64,000 bases of DNA from a virus, in IMG/VR virus record IMGVR_UViG_3300022926_000007, positions 17,747 through 81,746 of that record, one strand, 5' to 3'. This document shows, piece by piece, positions 1 through 9,417 of this stretch. The notes under the pieces were generated by a model. The model ran no database searches, was not told the DNA's origin, and saw nothing but the letters and a program-made list of their open reading frames with translations. Every line of letters starts with the position of its first letter. Position 1 is the first letter of the stretch. A program made the position numbers and the translations under genes.

Positions 1-2
1 GA

Positions 3-929
3 CTAGTTGCATATGGTAAATTTAGTCAATACTACTATAATATTTTTCAAAGAATATTAAACGGCCCGATTACTGAAAAAAAACAAGATTTTTCCTACAT
101 AAGTATAGACAATTATGGATTGCACGATTTAGCCCACACACTACAAGTATTTACAATGGATAAGATAGAAGAATACGTATATCCACTAAAAAGTTGTGAC
201 AATCTTTGTATTGCTGGTGGTGTTGCATATAACGGTTATATGAATGAAGAATTTACAAAACATTATAAAAATGTATTTGTACCACCTGCTGTTGGTGATG
301 AAGGACAGGCAATCGGTACATATCAACACGCTGACTACATATTAAATAACAATATACACAAATCAGAAACATTTGCTGGTAAACAATATGAATATAATGA
401 AGGTGAACAAGTGAATTATAAAGAGGTTGCACAAGCAATTGCTGACGGTAAAATAGTTGGTTGGTTTCAAGGAAAATCTGAAAGTGGCAATCGTGCATTA
501 GGTAATAGAAGTATATTAGCTGATCCTCGTAATCCTGACATCAAAGATATTATTAATCATACCATAAAAATGAGAGAAGACTTTAGACCATTTGCACCTG
601 CTGTTTTAGAAGAACACTATAAAGAATATTTTGATACAAGATTACCCAGTCCTTATATGAGTAGAATATGTAAAGTTAAAACTGATAAAGTGCCAGGCAT
701 AACACATAAAGATAATACCGCAAGAATACAAACAGTTAATAAAAAATTTAATGAAAAGTTTTATAACATTATAAATGAGTTTTACAAAATAACAGGCGTA
801 CCAATGTTATTAAACACAAGTTTTAATTGTCAGGAACCCATAGTAGAAACACCCGAACAAGCTATTAGAACATTCAAACGAACAGCATTAGATATATTAG
901 TTATAAATGATAAGATTTTAAAAAAATGA
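3..929 (+). CDS. Carbamoyltransferase, CmcH/NodU/TobZ family (5'-truncated by window edge)
   Basis: Frame is open from position 3. Motifs AGGVAYN, PAVGDEGQAIG, GNRALGNRSILADP, KMREDFRPFAP, H-D-TARIQTV, LLNTSFN-QEPIVETP. Confidence 0.93.
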   Translation, partial: LVAYGKFSQYYYNIFQRILNGPITEKKQDFSYISIDNYGLHDLAHTLQVFTMDKIEEYVYPLKSCDNLCIAGGVAYNGYMNEEFTKHYKNVFVPPAVGDEGQAIGTYQHADYILNNNIHKSETFAGKQYEYNEGEQVNYKEVAQAIADGKIVGWFQGKSESGNRALGNRSILADPRNPDIKDIINHTIKMREDFRPFAPAVLEEHYKEYFDTRLPSPYMSRICKVKTDKVPGITHKDNTARIQTVNKKFNEKFYNIINEFYKITGVPMLLNTSFNCQEPIVETPEQAIRTFKRTALDILVINDKILKK

Positions 930-1621
930 AACATTTTGATTTATTAGAGCAAAAAAGAAAACACGTTAAAACTTATAGTGAAAAAATACCTCCTAAGAAG
1001 TTAATAGAACAGGCATTATGGAAAGCGTGGAAAACTTCTCCTTCTAAAAATAATGCTATGGCATATCAAGTAATAGTTTGGGGACCTGATAAAGAATTAG
1101 AAAAGGCAGCTATTCATAGTTTAGTTGTAAAAAATCACAAACACGCTGAAGATAGAGCTGTTGAAAAAAAGTTAATGAATAAAACTCAAGATGTTAAATT
1201 GGGTGTAGTTGAAAACCCATATTATCGACACATAAAAGAAAATCCGTATTTAATAACAATACATAGTAGAATAGCAAAACCAAATAAATTTTATGAAGAA
1301 CAGATAAAAACAGGACACTTTTACGATCAAGCATATAATCCAGAAGATATAATAGACTCTGTAGCTGTTGAAGTAGGTATATTTGCAGCTAATTTGACAA
1401 ACTATTTACTAGAAGAAGGATTAGATATGTCTTATAATTCTTGTTTCAAAAGAGATATTAAAGACTGGCACAACGTTGGTTTATATATGGTTAAACAAAG
1501 ACCGATCACAATGATATCTTGTGGTTATGCTGAAAGGTATAGACGTGATGATTTAAAAAGTTGTGGAAAAGAAACTTGGGATATAAAACCTGAAATAAAT
1601 GATATTGTAAAATGGATATAG
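926..1621 (+). CDS. Nitroreductase-fold (FMN-binding) protein
   Basis: N-terminal KRKHVKTY...LIEQAL...SPSKNNAMAYQV resembles the R-S-R...APS-N-QPW signature. C-terminal GLDMSYNSCF...ISCGY. Confidence 0.65.
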   Translation: MKHFDLLEQKRKHVKTYSEKIPPKKLIEQALWKAWKTSPSKNNAMAYQVIVWGPDKELEKAAIHSLVVKNHKHAEDRAVEKKLMNKTQDVKLGVVENPYYRHIKENPYLITIHSRIAKPNKFYEEQIKTGHFYDQAYNPEDIIDSVAVEVGIFAANLTNYLLEEGLDMSYNSCFKRDIKDWHNVGLYMVKQRPITMISCGYAERYRRDDLKSCGKETWDIKPEINDIVKWI

Positions 1622-2202
1622 ACTTACAATTATTTAAAAATATAATGGCAGAGGCCAGACACAATGATGATCTTTTAGACTCATATAGTCCTAATCAATT
1701 TAAATCAAAAGAGGTATTAATTAATCACATTAATAGTTTAAATATTTTAAATGATAAATCTGAAATTATAATACTAGGAAGTTGGTATGGCAGTATATTA
1801 ATTCCTGCATTTAAACAAGTTAAACGAATTACCGCTATAGATTTAGATAAAAATGTTATTAGTATTGCTAAAAACAGATTATTTAATCATTATAAAAATG
1901 TAGATTTTATTACCAGTGATGTTTTTGACAAAAACAGATATGGTAGAATACAAAATGCCACTTTAATTATTAATACGTCTTGTGAACATATGAAACCTAT
2001 GAATGAATTAAAGGCTTTAGAAAATTCAAAATCATATTTTGCTTTTCAGTCTAATAATATGTTTAATATACCTACACACATCAATTGTGTAAATAACATA
2101 GAAGAATTTAAAGAACAAATGCCAAGTAACGCAAAAATAATGATTGAAGATCACATTAAAGATGATAGAGGCACTAGATTTTTATTAATAGGTAAATTAT
2201 GA
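1612..2202 (+). CDS. Class I SAM-dependent methyltransferase
   Basis: Motif I IIILGSWYG, acidic IDLD after strand 2, and INTSCEHM. Confidence 0.75.
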   Translation: MDIDLQLFKNIMAEARHNDDLLDSYSPNQFKSKEVLINHINSLNILNDKSEIIILGSWYGSILIPAFKQVKRITAIDLDKNVISIAKNRLFNHYKNVDFITSDVFDKNRYGRIQNATLIINTSCEHMKPMNELKALENSKSYFAFQSNNMFNIPTHINCVNNIEEFKEQMPSNAKIMIEDHIKDDRGTRFLLIGKL

Positions 2203-3062
2203 AAAGAGTAATTTATAGTTTTTACATTGACATTCCTAAAGATGAATTAGATATATTTGACAAAAATATACTTAAAAAAAATCATACACCAATAAATTAT
2301 GTGACTAAAGATGCATTTAAACAAAACTATTCTAAGTTAGTGGCCTGCAAACAATGGTATGCTGATCAAATAAATGTACCTTTTAAGATGTTTGAATATG
2401 ATACTAATTTTATATTATATAAAGATAACCTACAATCAAAATATCCATTTCTAACAACCTACAATGTGGTTAATTTTTATAAACTACATTTACTGTATGA
2501 GCTATCTAAACAATATGATGAAATACTTTATTTAGATTTTGATGTTGTGCCTATGAAGTCAGACAACTTTTTTGAAACTTGGGACTTATCAAAAGGTATA
2601 GCGATCCATCACAATACACATAAAGTAATTAAGATGGAAGCGGTAACCGAATATTCACAAACTATTCGTAGTCCAACATCAAAATACTATAATACTCAAG
2701 CTATGTTATTAGATAGAGGTTTGAATCCTGTACATAAGGTTGTAAACACAGGTATTGTTGGTGCAAGTAAAAAACATTTACAACAACTTAAATACTTTGA
2801 TAATTTTGATTCGGATATGAAAGAAATGAGTAAACTAACAACAGGCCATGATATGTTTCCAAAAAAAATAACAAACTTTTTTGGTTGGGATAATGAAACA
2901 CTTTTTGCAGTTAAACTTGCAGAAAACAAAGTAGATGTACAATGGTTAGATGACAACTGGCACTATTTTTTTTCAACACAAGGTTTTATACCAAAAGATA
3001 TAGTATTATGTCATACTATTAATAAACAATTTGATGTTGTTTGGAGAGCATATAATGCTTAA
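2199..3062 (+). CDS. GT-A fold glycosyltransferase / nucleotide-diphospho-sugar transferase
   Basis: ILYLDFDVV (DxD), NTGIV, GWDNETLF and a C-terminal His (LCHTINK). Confidence 0.7.
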   Translation: MKRVIYSFYIDIPKDELDIFDKNILKKNHTPINYVTKDAFKQNYSKLVACKQWYADQINVPFKMFEYDTNFILYKDNLQSKYPFLTTYNVVNFYKLHLLYELSKQYDEILYLDFDVVPMKSDNFFETWDLSKGIAIHHNTHKVIKMEAVTEYSQTIRSPTSKYYNTQAMLLDRGLNPVHKVVNTGIVGASKKHLQQLKYFDNFDSDMKEMSKLTTGHDMFPKKITNFFGWDNETLFAVKLAENKVDVQWLDDNWHYFFSTQGFIPKDIVLCHTINKQFDVVWRAYNA

Positions 3063-3795
3063 AATTTGTACAGTTTATTTCAAAGGTACATATACTCCAG
3101 ACTATGTGTCAAAACTTTATAGATCATTAAAAAGAAACAGTACAATACCTTTTCAATTTATATGTTTAAGTGATACAGATGTTGAAGCTGATATTGTGTT
3201 ACCGTATAATCACCATAGTCATGTAAAAAAACATTGGCATAAGTTAAAGTTTTTTAGTCCACAGTTTGCTTATCAACAACCAGGTGATGATATTATCATA
3301 ATGGACATAGATCAAGTTATTACAAATAACGTAGATGACTTATTAAACTATCCTGTAAATGAGAATGAACTTGTAAGTTATGGACAATGGTGGGATATTA
3401 AATTAAAATTAAATGGTGGATTTTACAAATTTAAATCTGGTAGTTTAAAAACTGTATGGGATGATTTTGCACTAAATCCTGAATACTGGCAGTTACACTA
3501 TTATAATAAGGGTGATGTTCACACAAAGTATTATGGAGAACAAAATTATGTTAATTGGAAAGTACAAGAACACAATATAAAACTAACTTTAACACCACAA
3601 CAATGGTTATGTAAATATACAGATGATTTTAAACAAAATTTAAAATTAAATAAAATTTATAGCAAAAAGTTTAATACAGATTATATGATATTAGATAATG
3701 TTAATAAATATATAAAGATTATTCACTTTACAGGTATTAATAAAACAATACATAACAGTAATCATAAATTTTTAAAGGAATATTGGAATGAGTAG
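3055..3795 (+). CDS. GT-A fold glycosyltransferase (GT8-like)
   Basis: WHKLKFF, MDIDQVI (DxD), NGGFY, GEQNYV, IIHFTG. The ATG at 3055 overlaps the upstream stop. Confidence 0.75.
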   Translation: MLKICTVYFKGTYTPDYVSKLYRSLKRNSTIPFQFICLSDTDVEADIVLPYNHHSHVKKHWHKLKFFSPQFAYQQPGDDIIIMDIDQVITNNVDDLLNYPVNENELVSYGQWWDIKLKLNGGFYKFKSGSLKTVWDDFALNPEYWQLHYYNKGDVHTKYYGEQNYVNWKVQEHNIKLTLTPQQWLCKYTDDFKQNLKLNKIYSKKFNTDYMILDNVNKYIKIIHFTGINKTIHNSNHKFLKEYWNE

Positions 3796-4666
3796 TAAAG
3801 ACTGGACAAGAAAAGAGTGGGAAGAGTGGTATAAAAAAACCATGTATTCATTTGATATTGAAAGACAAAGTGTATTAAATGCTCAAAAGTGTCAAAGAAA
3901 TTGGGATAGAACAAGAAAAATATTACCAGAAGTAAGAGATCACTTTTTATGGTTAGCACAAAACGCTCCATCAAAACAATATGAAGCGTATTATGATGTA
4001 TACTGGACTGATAATAAAGAAGTAATAGATGAATGTTCTAACTATACATGGGGAAATACACATAGTAGAACACCACCATCTAATTGGAAAAATTCTCAAC
4101 AAAGAGCTTCACTCTATATTTTATTTGTAGGAAAAGAACCAGAAACTCGATTAAATTGTAATGCAGATGGAACTTTAAAAGAAAATTCACACCATGAAAG
4201 ATGGCTTAATGCTTACGTAAGTATAGGTATTGCAATGGGTTTAATTTTACAGTCTGCAAACAAATTAGGACTATCTACAGGATGTAATAAAAGTCATAAT
4301 GACATAAACGGTGATGATTATTGGCCTAAAAGATTAGGTATATTAGAAGATGTAGATAAAGGTAAAAAATTAATATCTTATGGCATTGGTATAGGGTTTC
4401 CTATAAAAGGTAAACCAAGATATTGGTCAGATCAAACTGAATTAATGATAGGTGCGGCTAACGGAAGTAAAATTACTACAACTAATATGGAAAAACATCC
4501 TAGAACTGGTCACTCTATGAGAAAAGTAAAAATAGTTGATATTACAAAACACGCAGGAGAAACTATAGAGGATCCATATGGCAATTTTCATAAAATTCCA
4601 GATGAGTCTTTAACAAAAATAAATACACCAAGGATAAGAAAAATTAATCTTATTGAAATAAAATGA
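3788..4666 (+). CDS. Nitroreductase-fold protein
   Basis: QRNWD...LAQNAPSKQ, SIGIAMGLILQSANKLGLSTG and IGIGFP fit the nitroreductase pattern. Confidence 0.65.
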   Translation: MSSKDWTRKEWEEWYKKTMYSFDIERQSVLNAQKCQRNWDRTRKILPEVRDHFLWLAQNAPSKQYEAYYDVYWTDNKEVIDECSNYTWGNTHSRTPPSNWKNSQQRASLYILFVGKEPETRLNCNADGTLKENSHHERWLNAYVSIGIAMGLILQSANKLGLSTGCNKSHNDINGDDYWPKRLGILEDVDKGKKLISYGIGIGFPIKGKPRYWSDQTELMIGAANGSKITTTNMEKHPRTGHSMRKVKIVDITKHAGETIEDPYGNFHKIPDESLTKINTPRIRKINLIEIK

Positions 4667-5247
4667 GAATAATTTGTTGTAGATTTGGTAATAAATTTAC
4701 TCAATGGCATGTTGATAACTTAAAACACATGATAGACGAATACTCTGGTCTAAAATATGATAGTTTTGAAGTTATTGAAGATGATCTATACGGCAATTGG
4801 TTTAACAAGTTTCAAATGTATGATAGATTTAGAGATAGTGAAAATTTATATTTTGATTTAGATGTAGTTATCTATGACAGACTTCCTAATCTTATAAGAA
4901 AAAACTTTACACTATTAGATGACACATGGTGGAGAGAACCAGCTCATACACCTTTAAATTCATCAATAGTATCTTGGACAGGTGATGTATCTTATATATG
5001 GAATAAGTTTAAAGAAAATGATAAAGAATATATTAAAACATACACTAAAGGCAGTGATGAATGGTACTACAAAAATATAAAATATGAAACTTACGATAGA
5101 ATATGTCCATCAATAAAAGATTATATTTATCAAAAACCACCACAGTTCAGTATATGTACACTTGGACAAATGCACCACTTACAAGAAGAAGGATGGACAG
5201 GTTGGTATTCTAATTATTTTTTATCTAAACACTCAAACGCAGCTTGA
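4663..5247 (+). CDS. GT-A fold glycosyltransferase (paralogue of 3055..3795)
   Basis: WFNKFQMY, YFDLDVVI, NSSIVSW, GSDEWY. Confidence 0.7.
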   Translation: MRIICCRFGNKFTQWHVDNLKHMIDEYSGLKYDSFEVIEDDLYGNWFNKFQMYDRFRDSENLYFDLDVVIYDRLPNLIRKNFTLLDDTWWREPAHTPLNSSIVSWTGDVSYIWNKFKENDKEYIKTYTKGSDEWYYKNIKYETYDRICPSIKDYIYQKPPQFSICTLGQMHHLQEEGWTGWYSNYFLSKHSNAA

Positions 5248-5708
5248 AGAACATTTATTTTGTTACTAGCTTGTCTTAGTTTCTTTTTTGCGTTTTCATT
5301 TTTAGAATCTCTTATTTCTTCCAACTCAAACAACGCAAGTTTTAAAGCAAACAAATGATCTTCATTTTCAATATTTTTGAAAATAGCATTTACCAATGAA
5401 GGATAAAATTTTGTATTTAAATCTGCATTACCTAATATTAGTCCTTGTTTTTTAGCAATATTGACTATCGAGTCTTCAAACAACTTTTGCTCTGTTTTAT
5501 TTTTTTGATAAGTTGACTCATGTAATTGATCAATATTCATATACTTTATAAGTGCTTGATATTGAGGATTATTTTCTTCGTATGGTATGATGGTTGTAAA
5601 TACTGATTTTTTATCTTCAACTGTTGTTTGCACTTCTATATTTTTTCTTTCGTTATCTATAAAATATGCAGTTAAGAAATTGTCTTTTAAAAATTCTTCA
5701 GTTAACAT
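5214..5708 (-). CDS. Hypothetical protein
   Basis: 164-aa ORF with AAGGAGA RBS and a late promoter at 5742-5749. Confidence 0.7.
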   Translation of the reverse strand: MLTEEFLKDNFLTAYFIDNERKNIEVQTTVEDKKSVFTTIIPYEENNPQYQALIKYMNIDQLHESTYQKNKTEQKLFEDSIVNIAKKQGLILGNADLNTKFYPSLVNAIFKNIENEDHLFALKLALFELEEIRDSKNENAKKKLRQASNKINVLQAAFECLDKK

Positions 5709-5733
5709 TTTTGTTCTCCTTTATATATTCATA

Positions 5734-6675
5734 CTAAGATTTATTTATACGTAAATAATAAGTATTCGCTGTTACTGCTGTTCCATCTGGAAATTCTTGT
5801 GCTCTATAGTCGTCTGTGTTTACATACAATTGTTGATAGTTACCAGAACCATTTAAAATAGTATCACCCATTCCAGAACCTCTTGTATTACCAGAACCAG
5901 ATGTTCCTAAATTATAACTAATTGAATAGCCATCAGCAGATGAAGCTGCTGTATATCTTATCCATTCTTGTACTAATGAATTAAATGTAGCAGATGTAAA
6001 CTGTTGAATGTTATTTGATGCGTTAACATAATATGGCAACGTAAAAGTAGGTGCTGAACCATTTACTCTATGTAAATAATAATTTGTAATTGTTGTTGGT
6101 TGATCCAGTGTTTCTGGAATACCACCAGCAGTATATAAACTTGTATCAGCTCTTGTATCTGTAAATATCGCTGTTGCTGAACCACTTACTTCAGTTGCAC
6201 CAGCAACAGATGAAGAACTTGAAATAAAATAAGTTCCTGCTTGTTGTGTAGTTGTAGTTGCGGCTGTTAGTAAATCTATTGCTGGATGTAAAAAAGTATC
6301 TTTTACATCTTGTAAATTCATTGCTTGTATTTGACCACTTGCATTGTAGTATGATGGCCAAGTTTTACCTGTATCAGTTGTAGGTGTTACTGCTGCTGTA
6401 GTTTGATTAATTTTTGAATAACTTACTGTTACTGTACTAGGTTCTGCTGTTGTAGCTTCACTTGGGAATGCTGTTGTACTTGTTGAATAAGAACCAGCTT
6501 GTTTTCTTGTATCCGTAATTGTTCCTAGATTACCACCTGAACTAACTACTGATAATGCAACACTAGGATTCAATGAATATTGATAAATTACTTGATCTAC
6601 TATCGAGTCAACCATTGAGGTTGACATCTCTCTTAAATTTCCACTTACTTCATATAAAGGTTTTCTAACTGCCAT
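5734..6675 (-). CDS. Putative virion protein with three internal ~105-aa repeats
   Basis: S/T-rich, late promoter at 6706-6713. Repeated P-YY..G-[LI]..[MF] and D-T-R...YY-L blocks. Confidence 0.6.
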   Translation of the reverse strand: MAVRKPLYEVSGNLREMSTSMVDSIVDQVIYQYSLNPSVALSVVSSGGNLGTITDTRKQAGSYSTSTTAFPSEATTAEPSTVTVSYSKINQTTAAVTPTTDTGKTWPSYYNASGQIQAMNLQDVKDTFLHPAIDLLTAATTTTQQAGTYFISSSSSVAGATEVSGSATAIFTDTRADTSLYTAGGIPETLDQPTTITNYYLHRVNGSAPTFTLPYYVNASNNIQQFTSATFNSLVQEWIRYTAASSADGYSISYNLGTSGSGNTRGSGMGDTILNGSGNYQQLYVNTDDYRAQEFPDGTAVTANTYYLRINKS

Positions 6676-6718
6676 AATATCTCCATTATTTAATATTAAT
6701 AAATCTATTTATAATATT

Positions 6719-7570
6719 TTATGCTCCTGCTCCATATATTGTTTTTACAACTGTACCTGATGAGTTTAAAATCTGTAGTGTAACAACGTTTTTAAGTTGA
6801 TCTTGTCCTATTGCGTCATCAGCCATTTTAGCTTCTGATATTTGATTGTCAGCAATATCGTCTGTTGATATTGTACCATTTGCAATCATTGTACTTGTAA
6901 CAACACCCGAACTTCCTGTGGTTATAATTGTACCAGTTTCATTTGGCAAAGTTATTGTTCTATCTGCTGTTGGATCTTGTGCTATTAAATTTATCTCATA
7001 AGTATCTGAAGTAGCACCTTCAAAATATAAACCTTCTTTAGTATAAATGTATCCTAACGTTTCTATATGTTTTGAACCAAAATATACAGATGCTCCTGAA
7101 CTACTTATATTGTCAGCGGTTAATGTTCCAGTTACAGTTAAATTATCATCAACAGTAATTAAAGATGTGTCTGAAGAACTAATTGTATTGCCAGCAACTT
7201 GAATAGTTCCTAATGAATGTGTACCAGTTCCTTGTGCTGTAAATTCACCTGTAACAGTTACATCATTTGGCAATCCAATTGTTAAAATATCAGGACCACT
7301 AACCACAGCAGTAATTTGATTTGTTGTTCCATTAACAGTTAATGTTTCACCACCTCCAATAATTTGAGATGTTGAAGAACTGTCAGTAATTGTCCAACCT
7401 GCAGTAGATGTAGCAATACTAATGGTTTCATTCATAGCATCAACTAAATTAGTTGAACTAATAGCACCAGATAGATTTGCAATATCACCAAAATCATTAG
7501 CCGCTAAATCATTAAATTGCGTTCTAAACGTTTCTAGTGTATCGGTTACTGTTATATTTTTTACAGCCAT
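6719..7570 (-). CDS. Putative fibre/whisker-like virion protein
   Basis: N-terminal DTLETFRTQFN motif, fibre module DPTADRTITLPNETGTI, short beta-repeats. Confidence 0.65.
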   Translation of the reverse strand: MAVKNITVTDTLETFRTQFNDLAANDFGDIANLSGAISSTNLVDAMNETISIATSTAGWTITDSSSTSQIIGGGETLTVNGTTNQITAVVSGPDILTIGLPNDVTVTGEFTAQGTGTHSLGTIQVAGNTISSSDTSLITVDDNLTVTGTLTADNISSSGASVYFGSKHIETLGYIYTKEGLYFEGATSDTYEINLIAQDPTADRTITLPNETGTIITTGSSGVVTSTMIANGTISTDDIADNQISEAKMADDAIGQDQLKNVVTLQILNSSGTVVKTIYGAGA

Positions 7571-7606
7571 TATTGTTTAACTACCTCTTTACCAGTTTCT
7601 ATTATC

Positions 7607-7831
7607 TTAATGTTTTTCATCAACCACCTTTAATAATAATTGTTTAATTTCTGTTAATTCATTTTTTAATGTATTAATATCTCTAATCATTTCTCTCAAT
7701 TTGTCACTTTCTTTATTTTTTTGAGTGACTCTTTGCATATATGCGAAATACCCTTTTCGATCAGAATTAACAATAGCTTGTGTTCTTGTATCTTTTATAA
7801 AACTTCTATCTTGTTCTATTACTTTTCTCAT
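7607..7831 (-). CDS. Small coiled-coil hypothetical protein
   Basis: Translationally coupled ORF with a C-terminal heptad pattern. Confidence 0.6.
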   Translation of the reverse strand: MRKVIEQDRSFIKDTRTQAIVNSDRKGYFAYMQRVTQKNKESDKLREMIRDINTLKNELTEIKQLLLKVVDEKH

Positions 7832-9417
7832 TACGTTGCCAATGCGATTGCTCTTAAATCTGTTACTCTTGGTGGATAAGCAGGATTAGTTCCTGTCATT
7901 ACCATTTTAATTGCAAATGATGTAAACTCTCCAAGACCATCTACAGTAAATTTTTGTTCATTGTAACTTGTATTATATTCTGGACTATAAGGCGTTTGTG
8001 AACGACTTTCAGAATAATTAATTGTATCGTCTGCTAAACCTGTTGAATTAAAGTAAACATAAGGAATTTCATCAAAAGGTCTACTATCATCAACATGTCT
8101 AATTTTAAATAACATTTTAATATTAGATGTAGGATAATTGTTTGCACTTATTCTAACATCTAATGCTGTTGCTGGGTTATCTAATAAAATTTCTTTTGTA
8201 ATATATTTTGCAGCTGCACTTCCGCCAGTTGCTGATGTTTCATCTACAAAATCTGTTGTGTTTGAATTATTAGGATCATCTAAACGATTTGTAATTAAAA
8301 TCATATTTGCTCTAGCTAAATCAATAACAGGAGAAATATTTTCGTGTTGTGTTGACATTTCAAATTTATATGTTAGTGATTTATTTCCAGCAAAATGAGT
8401 TGTTTCATTTATAGGTGAAGCAACTTGTTGTTGTTCAGTTATATAAAAATTATCATTTGGAACAACTTCATTTTCGGTTTGAGCTACATAAGATGTTTCA
8501 CTGCCGTGTATAGATTGTTTTGAAATTGTTGTAAGTCTATGTGTTACTGAAGTATCTCCAGGATGCATAAACCCTATTTGAGGTTGTACAACTTCAAATG
8601 CGATATTTCTTGTAGCAGTAACAGATGAGCCACCAACACTTCCTGTTGAAGTTGCTGAGTCACCAGATATTGTAATTGTATAACTATCTAAAGTTACATT
8701 TCCAATATCATGCGTACCATTGATAGCACTTCCTAAAATACCGTTATAGTCTGTACCATCAGTTAAACCAGCAATTGTAACTTTATCTGGTTTATCGTCA
8801 TTCATACCGTGATTTGGGTGATTAATTTTTACAATAGAAGGATTTGAACCAAATGTTGATCCAGATCCTGCTGTTTTATTAGTTTCAATAGGATTATTTT
8901 CTAAAGTTTCAGCAGTTAAAGCTGAGTTATTAAATGTTACAGTACCAGTTGTGTTTGTTGTAAAGTTTGCTTTTTTTATTGAGAATTTAATGTCTTGTAG
9001 AGGTGACTCGTTTTGTCCACCTACGTTTTGTGATTTAAATAAAGAGCCAACTGCAGGTTGTTCCGAAACTCGTCTTGAGCCTCCAATAACTGTTTGTCCT
9101 AATTCAGAAACATATAAAACATATTTTGTACTATTTGCTGTTATACCAATAGCATAACTTATACCACCCTTTAAAAATACTGGTGAATCAAAAGTAAATG
9201 TTGTAGCTGTTGTACCATCAGTTGATGTGTTTACATCAGCGGCCGCTTTTGTGACTACACTAAATGGTAATATTTTTGAACCAGGTCTATCTCTATAAGT
9301 TTCTAATAGAGCAACATTAATAGGCTGAATCGTATCTTTTTCACTAAAATATAAGTCTAGTGATGTTACAAAACACCCTTCTTCTACCTGATTTACAAAT
9401 GTTTGAGCTATTGCCAT
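7831..9417 (-). CDS. Virion structural protein, equivalent to the C-terminal part of DUF4815/VrlC-like proteins
   Basis: Starts AIAQTF...GCFVTSLDLYF, contains SLFKSQN and DIKF, ends PRVTDLRAIALA, as at the C-terminus of marine T4-like VrlC-like proteins. Confidence 0.7.
   Translation of the reverse strand: MAIAQTFVNQVEEGCFVTSLDLYFSEKDTIQPINVALLETYRDRPGSKILPFSVVTKAAADVNTSTDGTTATTFTFDSPVFLKGGISYAIGITANSTKYVLYVSELGQTVIGGSRRVSEQPAVGSLFKSQNVGGQNESPLQDIKFSIKKANFTTNTTGTVTFNNSALTAETLENNPIETNKTAGSGSTFGSNPSIVKINHPNHGMNDDKPDKVTIAGLTDGTDYNGILGSAINGTHDIGNVTLDSYTITISGDSATSTGSVGGSSVTATRNIAFEVVQPQIGFMHPGDTSVTHRLTTISKQSIHGSETSYVAQTENEVVPNDNFYITEQQQVASPINETTHFAGNKSLTYKFEMSTQHENISPVIDLARANMILITNRLDDPNNSNTTDFVDETSATGGSAAAKYITKEILLDNPATALDVRISANNYPTSNIKMLFKIRHVDDSRPFDEIPYVYFNSTGLADDTINYSESRSQTPYSPEYNTSYNEQKFTVDGLGEFTSFAIKMVMTGTNPAYPPRVTDLRAIALAT

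Noticed and set aside
253-498. Antisense and alternate-frame ORFs in the track (also 2696, 8138, 13276, 21171, 41350, 45163, 47188, 60864 and similar)
   Set aside because: They lie inside well-supported genes, lack RBSs and show no recognisable motifs: shadow ORFs.
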